From Candidatus Micrarchaeota archaeon (lineage in GTDB: Archaea; Micrarchaeota; Micrarchaeia; Micrarchaeales; Micrarchaeaceae): a DNA stretch of 64,000 nucleotides. Location: NCBI GenBank assembly GCA_021818545.1, contig JAKATX010000001.1, positions 47,061 through 111,060 of the forward strand, given 5' to 3'. The translations under genes and the position numbers were made by a program. This document shows positions 10,001 to 16,367 of this stretch, in pieces. The notes beneath the pieces were generated by a model. That model had not been told where the DNA came from, did not search any database, and was given only the letters and a program-made list of their open reading frames with translations. How positions within the stretch are numbered: the first letter of the stretch is position 1; every line of letters starts with the position of its first letter.

Positions 10001-13000
10001 GTGACGGAGTTGCCCGATGCGACTGCAGTGCCCGATGAGCTGCATGAGGAGCCTGTTGATGAGTACCATTTGTAGGAGTATGGTGAGGTGCCGCCGGTTA
10101 TGTTTGCAGTAAGCGTGATCGACTGGCCGTCGTCTATTGAGGGGTTAAGCGGCGTTGGGCTGCCTGCGGATAGCACAGGGTTGACCTTTACTATGGTATT
10201 GCCTGAAGTTAGAGTTGGGGGGTTTGCGGATGAATCTGACACTGTGTAGCAGAATAAGGTGTTTGATGTCGGGGAGTTTGTGACCGTGACGGAGTTGCCC
10301 GATGCGACTGCAGTGCCCGATGAGCTGCATGAGGAGCCTGTTGATGAGTACCATTTGTATGTGTATGGAGTTGTGCCGCCGGATGGATTCGCGGTCAGCG
10401 TTATGTATTGACCGCTGTCTATTGAAGGGTTCGATGGCGTGGGGCTGCCTGCGGATAATGATGGATTTACTGACACTAGAGTGTTGCCTGATGTCAATGT
10501 CACAGGGGAATTGGCAGCGCTGTCGGTTACCGTGTAGCAGTAACGTACTGCGATTAATGGTGATGTGGAATATGAATTGGAGGTCGCACTAGAAATCAAT
10601 GTACTCGAGGAATTACATGACGTGCTAGTGGATCTATACCACTGAAATGTGTATGGTGGGGTGCCGCCGGATATGTTTGCAGTAAGCGTGATCGACTGGC
10701 CGTCGTCTATTGAGGGGTTAAGCGGTATAGGGCTGCCTGCGGATAATGATGGATTGACAGTCACTAGGCTGTTGCCTGATGTCAACACAGGGGGGTTTGT
10801 AGATGTGTCTGACACGGAATAGCAGAATAGGGTGTTTGATGTCGGGGAGTTTGTGACCGTGACGGAGTTGCCCGATGCGACTTTATCGCCTGATGACCTG
10901 CAAGCACCGCTAGGGGAACTGTACCATTGGTAGGAGTATGGCGGGGAACCTCCAGATGGATTCGCGGTCAGCGTGATCGACTGGCCAGTATCTATTGAGG
11001 GGTTCGATGGCGTGGGGCTGCCCACCAATAGCGATGAATTGACCGTAACTAACGTGTTGCCTGATGTCAATGTTACTGGGGAATTTGCTGCACTGTCGGT
11101 TACCGTGTAGCAGAATAGGGTGTTTGATGTCGGGGAGTTTGTGACCGTGACGGAGTTGCCCGATGCGACTGCAGTGCCCGATGAGCTGCATGAGGAGCCT
11201 GTTGATGAGTACCATTTGTATGTGTATGGGGTTGTGCCGCCGGATGGATTCGCAGTAAGCGTGATCGACTGGCCAGTATCTATTGAGGGGTTAAGCGGCG
11301 TTGGGCTGCCTGCGGATAATGATGGATTTACTTTCACTAACGTGTTGCCTGATGTCAATGTTACTGGGGAATTTGCTGCACTGTCGGTTACCGTGTAGCA
11401 GAATAGGGTGTTTGATGTCGGGGAGTTTGTGACCGTGACGGAGTTGCCCGATGCGACTGCAGTGCCCGATGAGCTGCATGAGGAGCCCGTCGATGAGTAC
11501 CATTTGTAGGAGTATGGCGGGGTGCCGCCGGATATGTTTGCAGTAAGCGTGATCGACTGGCCAGTATCTATTGAGGGGTTAAGCGGCGTTGGGCTGCCTG
11601 CGGATAATGATGGATTGACAGTCACCAAAGCATTTTCTGATGTGACAGTTTGATTTATGGTAGCGGAATCTGTTACGGCCATACAAAACCTTGTGCTAGT
11701 AGTAGGAGAATTTGTTATTACAGTGCTTGTTCCGCCTGCCACTATTGAGTTGGATGGACCGCATGACAGCCCAGTAGAGGAGTACCACTGGTAGGAGTAT
11801 GGGGCTGTGCCGCCGTAAGCTCCGCTAGTCAATGTTATGAACTGACCCCGGTCTATGCTCACCGCATTCGGAGACACGGAATTGGCAACCAATGCAGGGT
11901 TGACAGTCACTGCATCAACCATAGAATTCATCGTGACTGGTGTGCTCGCAGAGTCTGTAACGCCTATGCAATATCCGTTAGTTGAGGTTGGCGAAACTAT
12001 GAGTGAATTGGAGAGCGTTGATATCCCAGTGTATGTCGCCAATACATTTGCTGCATCCTGCGCACAAGTATTGCCGCTTGGTCCTGCGTACCACGTAGCC
12101 GTGTAAGGAGCCGTGCCGCCTGTCCACGACCCAGTCAGCGTTATGCCCTGCCCATTATCGATTAAAGGAGAGTTAGGGGACAGTACCAGAGCGGACATGG
12201 CGGAGTTCACTAAGATGGAGTTAGGGATCGAGTTAAATACGTAGCTTGACGCCCCAGTATCTGTCGATATGGCATTGTACGTGAACGTTCCTGTATTACT
12301 AGTCACGAAAGATATCGTATTGCTGCCTCCCGGCAATGCTATTGTCACGTTAGCCCCTTGTCGTGTACCTCCGGTTATGTTGAATAACTCGACGTTGAAA
12401 GGGCCTGCACCGTTGACTATGCGCATAGTGTATGTCTCCGTCTGGCCAGAATCTAAGGTCGTAGCGCTTGGAGTTATCGAAATTGAAGGCGATGGGAACA
12501 CATAAGCGGCCATGGCTGTGCTGCCGCTTCCGCTCAGTGCTGCAGTGACGGAGTAACTTCCTTTGGCCTGCCCGGCACAGGTCGCTATGTATATACCTTC
12601 ATATATGTCACTGGGGTTGCTGTTGTTCACGAACTGCTGCTTCACACATCCAGTCGGTATTGCAACAGATTTTATGTTATAGTATCCGGAAGCAACCATT
12701 ATGACAGTGAAAGACCCTTGAGTATTGACGGTGTATGAAAGGGCGGATGGGCGGGCTGTGCTGCTTGAAGACGTGCTGAATAATGTATAGTTCGCTGCAT
12801 TGGTGCCCAATCCACCTACAACTAGGCCGGGATAGGCGACGCCAGATACGCTTGCAGTACAGACGTTGCTGGTCTGGTGGCCTATTGATGCGTTTGCGCT
12901 GTTTTTCAATGACGCGCCTGCCGGTGCGCTGACATCACTAGTCCATGAGAAAGGCTGACCTGTTTTGGCGAAAGTGTAATTGGCGCCTGCTTCGCACAGA

Positions 13001-14094
13001 TAAAGAGAGTAACCAGAAGGCAAGGTAAGCGAGACTGAACTCGTCTCACCGACCGCATTTCCCGTATTGAATGAGATCGCGTATATGGAGAAGGAATTGG
13101 ATACTGCCCCATACTCGTAGTAGCCATTAGAGTAGTTCAACATTGACGTTGGAAGCGGATTCCAACTGTCGTTTATGTACTTGTACAGCCTGACCTGAGA
13201 TGGCTGTATTTTCATAGAGTTTATCCAGCTCTGGTTGACCCTGAAGAAATAGTCTGCTTCGCTTATGTAACTGTCAGATACTGAGCTATTTATTGTGAAG
13301 TAGCTGTATGAGCTCGATAGTGTTGGCACGCCTTTCGGCCCGGACTTTGTGAAGGAAATACTGAGGTTCATTTCAGGGAAGGAAGACCTTGGCGTCATGT
13401 ACAGTGAGTACAACGTACTGCCATTGTTGCCAACCATGATCGGATTTGATATGCCTGCGTACACCCCTTTGACATGCACATTGGTAGAGCTCGCAGAATT
13501 GCTGAAAGAGAGGTCCAAGTTCCTGAATTGTATTCCAGAGCTAGCGGTCGCGTAACCAACGGTAACGTTCTCTTCGCATCGGATCGTGTTGCATGATTTA
13601 ATCACGTAGGGCGATGAAGTAGTCGTGCCCGCCGCGGATTGTGCCTTCCCATTTCTACGCGAAAGCATCTGCGACATCTGTGTTGTTATATTGCTCTCAA
13701 TTCGCGTGATTTGGACGGTGCGGCCTGCTGCCACCGCAATCTCGTCAGGATAAGCGATAGTTGTCGTAGTAATTGATGTGGAATTAGGCGGAGCTATGGA
13801 AGGCGTCTTTAATGCTGTGGAATTGGAAACGCTGGGCGCCATGGTTGCAATGTTTAGCGACGTACCAGTTGGCGCGCTAATTTTCAAAGCATAGGTGTTT
13901 ACATTAGAACTTGATGCCGCATAGTTGTTCATATGCCACGTACTATTAACAGAACCTGCATCGCCGATGACGCCGGAATTTGATATGAGCAGTGCGATTC
14001 CGCTCATGATGATCAACAGTATGTAAATGGTGGCTGTTGTGCGCATTTTAACACATGCTAGGGTTTGCTTGTAGCGGTTATTGCGGGCGATCAT
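4072..14094 (-). CDS. Giant (3,340 aa) repeat-containing cell-surface protein, putative adhesin or S-layer-associated glycoprotein. It has an N-terminal signal anchor, more than 20 Ig-like modules, a Gly9/Ser-Thr linker, one C-terminal TM helix and a ~119-aa cytoplasmic tail.
   Basis: Uninterrupted 10,023-nt ORF. Hydrophobic N-terminus MRTTATIYILLIIMSGIALLI (alternative start at 14046). Reiterated modules carry GG(T/S)xPY(S/T)(Y/F)xW. TM helix LILIILAVALTPPSLVILHT is followed by RRK. N-x-S/T sequons are very numerous. Confidence 0.85.
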   Translation of the reverse strand: MIARNNRYKQTLACVKMRTTATIYILLIIMSGIALLISNSGVIGDAGSVNSTWHMNNYAASSSNVNTYALKISAPTGTSLNIATMAPSVSNSTALKTPSIAPPNSTSITTTTIAYPDEIAVAAGRTVQITRIESNITTQMSQMLSRRNGKAQSAAGTTTSSPYVIKSCNTIRCEENVTVGYATASSGIQFRNLDLSFSNSASSTNVHVKGVYAGISNPIMVGNNGSTLYSLYMTPRSSFPEMNLSISFTKSGPKGVPTLSSSYSYFTINSSVSDSYISEADYFFRVNQSWINSMKIQPSQVRLYKYINDSWNPLPTSMLNYSNGYYEYGAVSNSFSIYAISFNTGNAVGETSSVSLTLPSGYSLYLCEAGANYTFAKTGQPFSWTSDVSAPAGASLKNSANASIGHQTSNVCTASVSGVAYPGLVVGGLGTNAANYTLFSTSSSSTARPSALSYTVNTQGSFTVIMVASGYYNIKSVAIPTGCVKQQFVNNSNPSDIYEGIYIATCAGQAKGSYSVTAALSGSGSTAMAAYVFPSPSISITPSATTLDSGQTETYTMRIVNGAGPFNVELFNITGGTRQGANVTIALPGGSNTISFVTSNTGTFTYNAISTDTGASSYVFNSIPNSILVNSAMSALVLSPNSPLIDNGQGITLTGSWTGGTAPYTATWYAGPSGNTCAQDAANVLATYTGISTLSNSLIVSPTSTNGYCIGVTDSASTPVTMNSMVDAVTVNPALVANSVSPNAVSIDRGQFITLTSGAYGGTAPYSYQWYSSTGLSCGPSNSIVAGGTSTVITNSPTTSTRFCMAVTDSATINQTVTSENALVTVNPSLSAGSPTPLNPSIDTGQSITLTANISGGTPPYSYKWYSSTGSSCSSSGTAVASGNSVTVTNSPTSNTLFCYTVTDSAANSPVTLTSGNTLVKVNPSLSAGSPTPLNPSIDTGQSITLTANPSGGTTPYTYKWYSSTGSSCSSSGTAVASGNSVTVTNSPTSNTLFCYTVTDSAANSPVTLTSGNTLVTVNSSLLVGSPTPSNPSIDTGQSITLTANPSGGSPPYSYQWYSSPSGACRSSGDKVASGNSVTVTNSPTSNTLFCYSVSDTSTNPPVLTSGNSLVTVNPSLSAGSPIPLNPSIDDGQSITLTANISGGTPPYTFQWYRSTSTSCNSSSTLISSATSNSYSTSPLIAVRYCYTVTDSAANSPVTLTSGNTLVSVNPSLSAGSPTPSNPSIDSGQYITLTANPSGGTTPYTYKWYSSTGSSCSSSGTAVASGNSVTVTNSPTSNTLFCYTVSDSSANPPTLTSGNTIVKVNPVLSAGSPTPLNPSIDDGQSITLTANITGGTSPYSYKWYSSTGSSCSSSGTAVASGNSVTVTNSPIINTMFCYTVTDSAANSPVTLTSGNTLVTVNPSLSAGSPTPLNPSIDSGQYITLAAHISGGTTPYTYKWYSSTGSSCSSSGTAVASGNSVTVTNSPTSNTLFCYTVSDSSANPPTLTSGNTIVKVNPVLSAGSPTPLNPSIDTGQSITLTANISGGTPPYSYQWYYSTSHSCSSSNIMATSGNAVTITNSPTINTMFCYTVTDSAANSPVTLTSGNTLVTVNPSLSAGSPTPSNFIMDTGQSITLTANPSGGTTPYTYQWYSSTGSSCGSSNTLVTSGNSVTVTNSPTSNTLFCYTVTDSAANSPVTLTSGNTLAIVSNAPSLSISPSNITLDSGQIETYTIKETGGTGPFNIELYNVSGSKKQGSNLTIQSPGGSNTISFTVNSPASSNTFTYNATATDTGTSVHFVFISAQNSILVNPALAEPSITPNSPAYDIGQKATLAGNWSGGTAPYTVNWTISDGNTIVYNSIYIGTVASNSITFSSNALGAGSFNAILHVNDSATTTVKLASSTHVVEISNTMSNLALTPNSPSYDIGQKATLAGNWSGGTPPYTFNLTISNGSAVVYNSLFRSSTTSNNVVFAVNSLGSGSYNAILNVTDSATNAVKLTSVVDTININSGLVSPSKPLELNEKADQGQTATIFTAIPSTGTPPYSYIWLVETPTSNGNFIQSNSTICTKPSGSNTPSGNTVICSFVTNGLTAIGNYTFKLNVTDSATVPVTVSSGSNAITLNAAFTAPSTPIITNPKLDQGQTATITANMPSTGTPPYSYIWLSSFNGGVFVTAPECSNSTGSNQNSGNAITCAFATTANTATGNYLFKLQVNDSATTPSITTSSSDGVVLNKAITAPSAPTIFASKLDADQPESVTALIPSTGTSPYSYSWLVSVNSGNYVSATQCTANTGSNQNSGNTVTCSISGNTLSSGSTYNFELQVSDSASTQETASSPGSQTITVASKLSAPSVPLPSAPILDVNQAESVTGTMPSTGTPPYSYTWLVSANGGTYSTATQCTANTGSNQNSGNTVTCSISGNTLSSGSTYNFELQVSDSATISESVISPASNSISVSSQLTAPSAPTIFASKLDADQPESVTALIPSTGTSPYSYSWLVSVNSGNYVSATQCTANTGSNQNSGNTVTCSISGNTLSSGSTYNFELQVSDSASTQETASSPGSQTITVASKLSAPSVPLPSAPILDVNQAESVTGTMPSTGTPPYSYTWLVSANGGTYSTATQCTANTGSNQNSGNTVTCSISGNTLTAGDSYNLKLQIVDSASTSETLSSLNSNTIKVNSKLTPPSAPTIDNTTIDQGALSTIIGTMPSTGSPPFSYNWLVEAPNTDSFTAANSVLCQTPSGYNQNSGNTIFCQFLTNSLTTTGNYIFELNVTDGASFPESAISQPSNHVRVYSFTASMDVINETSSINATKNSTVNITVAQGSKVSLNVSIGANSGIGPFTVDIYQLDPTVIASATIPVGGGSHNFDLTFNTGGSITLVTAITDSGTSPPYTFNMSTTKVKVIPPLAPSSGGGGGGGGGSTTSSTTSQGSSGPSGPTVAASGPLCYTVSDFATFNHVTIYFPGLSRSFFIYQSVISTNYSTEIINGNTTINTYLNANVTIGRINDSNFILRLTNITYVPALHTISLEVCEPAITVPVAANTTIALTAQNGTITAISSNHNNTVELIHGNTILSTGIGIAEYNITRLLPGNYTIIGKDEVSGSYSTIYVSRAKLVPKLEFIKECSNYPYNGTACVTKAEILTGGNQLNATLSVNNGSVGSTFYQISSTQQTVGNYTYVFSTAGNANYTANSISYSYKILPQNVGVSVLGLIFSDSSRLLDAIEDYLILIILAVALTPPSLVILHTRRKADVVGRFLWGLSNGWSLSGVGKVRYAISRNNAEGVVAISDSALEDSKINAALKFARKKKVRIFLVDPESTQGSILKLHDDIGVVLWAKSKKENSHPLLKKEERIILKHIKALLDRL
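6233..7452. repeat. Tandem duplication with a 666-bp period (1.83 units) inside the giant gene. 6233-6786 is base-for-base identical to 6899-7452.
   Basis: Direct comparison of the two stretches by eye. The identical 68-aa shadow ORFs at 6420-6626 and 7086-7292 are exactly 666 bp apart. Confidence 0.9.
9030..11620. repeat. Array of nine 285-288-bp (95-96 aa) coding repeats inside the giant gene, with some higher-order ~573-bp units nearly identical. Boundaries are approximate.
   Basis: The marker gg(c/t)g(t/g)(t/g)gggctgcctgcgga (antisense of SAGSPTP) recurs at ~9290, 9578, 9864, 10152, 10440, 10725, 11010, 11298 and 11586. Shadow ORFs at 9572-9781 and 10145-10354 are near-identical. Confidence 0.85.
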
Positions 14095-14470
14095 TGTGGC
14101 AAGTCATTGTCAATGGAGCTTGAATTACGGTGTCACGCCAGTATATGGTTTTTCGTCGTCAAATAAGCAACTATCATTTTTTTATACTAAGGTGCAGTTG
14201 CAAATATTTTATATGAAAGGAGAGGACCGCACTGCACATTGCGTGCAAATGACCGCCGCTCCGTACAACGTATATTGCAATTGCAAAGGCAGGCCGCCGA
14301 ACGCGCGCAACTTCATGTGAACTATGGCGGGTGCCAGTGGTGCCTTAATGACGTACGATTTTGCCATTAATTATGGTGTTAGGTTCCTCTCAACGCATGA
14401 ATTTAAATGTATGTGGTATGGCGCGATTATACAGGTATGTGGATCCATCCATTGCCGTCAGGAACATGTA

Positions 14471-14488
14471 AAAAATTTTTATATATTA
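14471..14488. promoter_or_regulatory. Palindromic AT-rich TATA-like element (aaaaatttttatatatta) in a 560-bp non-coding region
   Basis: It reads as a TATA box on both strands, but no annotated gene starts within ~25-30 nt on either side. Confidence 0.3.
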
Positions 14489-14626
14489 TGCTGACCACTG
14501 AACATAATAGGACGTATTTGCACGGATCCCCCAACCTTAATTAAGTATGGCAAACCCTCGCATATACAACAGGAGCATAGGGCACATATCTGGGAGTTTG
14601 CATCATACCCACCTTTTTATGGCAAT

Positions 14627-14635
14627 GTTTTTAAG
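14627..14635 (+). promoter_or_regulatory. Putative TATA box of pyrG (gtttttaag), centred ~26 nt upstream of the ATG, implying a leaderless mRNA
   Basis: Spacing to ATG 14657. The same geometry is seen at other genes in the window. Confidence 0.35.
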
Positions 14636-14656
14636 ACTGACAATGTAATAACTTTT

Positions 14657-16273
14657 ATGCAGACCAAGTACATAGTCGTCATGGGCTCGCTGCTGAGCGG
14701 GCTTGGAAAGGGCATAATAACCGCTTCCTTAGCAAAGCTTCTTTCCATGCACGGCATAAAGGCGATGCCGCTGAAATTCGACGGCTACCTCAACTACGAC
14801 TGCGGCACCATGAATCCTTTCAGACATGGGGAGGTCTTCGTCCTCGATGACAAAAGCGAGGTAGACATGGATTTCGGTAACTACGAGAGGTTCCTGAACA
14901 CTGATCTTAATGGGGAATTCTCGCTCACTGGGGGGAAGATATTCAGCGCGATAATAGAGAAAGAGCGAAAAGGCGACTTCCTTGGCAATGATGTGCAGTT
15001 CGTGCCTCACGTCGCCGATTATATAACAGGTTATGTGACGGGGGTGGCAAAAAGGAACAAGCTGGATGTGATGCTTATAGAAGTCGGGGGCACGGTAGGC
15101 GACATAGAGAATGGATACTTCATAGAGGCTATGAGGGAGCTTGCATCCGAGGAGAAGGTCGTTTTCGTTAATCTTACTTACATACCCGAACTGGGCGCAG
15201 TAGGCGAACAGAAGACAAAACCGACGCAGATAGCGCTAAGGAACATGATGCAACTTGGGATTAGGCCAGGCTTCATAATATGCAGGTCTGAGAAGGCGCT
15301 CGGCGAAGCTGCAAAGAAAAAGGTGGCCCTCTTCGCAAATGTGGATGAGGGCGCAGTGATCGATGACAGGGATTCCGATAACATATACAGGACTCCGCTC
15401 CATCTTCTGGACCAGGGCTTAGACAGAATGATGATCAAGGCGCTGGGGCTAAAACCAAAAAGTGGCGACAAACTGTTCCGGAAGAGCGTCGCATCATGGC
15501 GCTCGCTTTGCGACGCGATAGACAAAAATGGATCCAGAGTCAACATAGGGATAGTTGGCAAGTATACACAGCTCCACGATGCGTATGCAAGCGTTAAGGA
15601 GGCTATAACGCACGCGGCAGGGCGCAATGGCGTCGGGGTAGAAGTGCGTTGGATAGATTCTGAGTCGCTTGAGGGAAGTCGCGACAATGCCGAAAAAATG
15701 CTTGAAGGCATCGACGGCATAGTGGTGCCAGGCGGATTTGGGAAGAGGGGCGTTGAGGGCATGATAACTGCGATACAGTATGCAAGGACGAATGGCGTGC
15801 CTTACCTTGGTTTGTGCCTTGGTATGCAGCTTATGGCGGTAGAGTATGCCAGGAACGTTTGCATGCTAAAAGGCGCCAACTCGACTGAATTCGATCCGAA
15901 GGCGGCTTACAAGATAGTGGATATGTTGCCCGGCCAGGAAGCCGCGGCTAAAGGAGGCACCATGCGGCTGGGACTGTGGACCGCAGACATAATGAAAGGA
16001 ACGGAAGCGCACAGGGCTTATGGATCGGAAAGGATCAGTGAAAGGCACAGGCACAGATACGAGATAAACAATCATTACAGGAAGAGGCTTGCGGAGGCGG
16101 GCCTTGTCGTAAGCGCGATCAATAGGGACAGGGATCTTGTCGAGATTCTCGAGTGGAAAGGCTCGTTTGGCATAGGGACGCAGGCCCACCCTGAACTCGA
16201 GTCAAGGCTGGAGAGGCCCCATCCGCTATTCATATCGCTCATAAAGGCCGCAAAGGCTAGGGCAGGTGCATGA
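14657..16273 (+). CDS. pyrG: CTP synthase
   Basis: N-terminal KYIVVMGSLLSGLGKGIITASLAKLL and the glutaminase GLCLGMQ active-site motif. Length is 538 aa. Confidence 0.95.
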   Translation: MQTKYIVVMGSLLSGLGKGIITASLAKLLSMHGIKAMPLKFDGYLNYDCGTMNPFRHGEVFVLDDKSEVDMDFGNYERFLNTDLNGEFSLTGGKIFSAIIEKERKGDFLGNDVQFVPHVADYITGYVTGVAKRNKLDVMLIEVGGTVGDIENGYFIEAMRELASEEKVVFVNLTYIPELGAVGEQKTKPTQIALRNMMQLGIRPGFIICRSEKALGEAAKKKVALFANVDEGAVIDDRDSDNIYRTPLHLLDQGLDRMMIKALGLKPKSGDKLFRKSVASWRSLCDAIDKNGSRVNIGIVGKYTQLHDAYASVKEAITHAAGRNGVGVEVRWIDSESLEGSRDNAEKMLEGIDGIVVPGGFGKRGVEGMITAIQYARTNGVPYLGLCLGMQLMAVEYARNVCMLKGANSTEFDPKAAYKIVDMLPGQEAAAKGGTMRLGLWTADIMKGTEAHRAYGSERISERHRHRYEINNHYRKRLAEAGLVVSAINRDRDLVEILEWKGSFGIGTQAHPELESRLERPHPLFISLIKAAKARAGA

Positions 16274-16367
16274 AATGCGCCTTAAGCCTGGCAGACCCTT
16301 AAGGTTGAATAAGTTTTATCTATTTTTGCAGGAAAATGTCGTATGGTCTTTTTAAGGCGTAGATTGA

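Noticed and set aside
9030-11620. The regular ~286-bp periodicity could suggest a CRISPR-like or satellite array.
   Set aside because: The period is far too long. There are no short conserved repeats separated by unique spacers, and the whole region stays in one long reading frame encoding Ig-like modules.
4895-13555. Dozens of 60-146-aa ORFs on both strands inside 4072-14094 (e.g. the identical pair 6420-6626 / 7086-7292, and the MVLI(N/D)(R/G)LLMQL... series at 9572, 9857, 10145, 10910, 11291).
   Set aside because: They are shadow ORFs of the giant repeat gene. Their repetition simply mirrors the coding repeats of the 3,340-aa frame, they have biased composition, and they show no independent start signals.
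14081-14320. A 79-aa + strand ORF in the giant-gene upstream region, and a 48-codon ORF from 14349.
   Set aside because: They have no motif, no SD or TATA at an appropriate distance, and the first overlaps the giant gene's start. I kept the region only as a non-coding curiosity.
14500-14620. A possible C/D-box sRNA (ATGATGC on the minus strand, several CTGA).
   Set aside because: The box order and spacing do not fit C-D'-C'-D architecture, and the C box is imperfect. There is no terminal stem.
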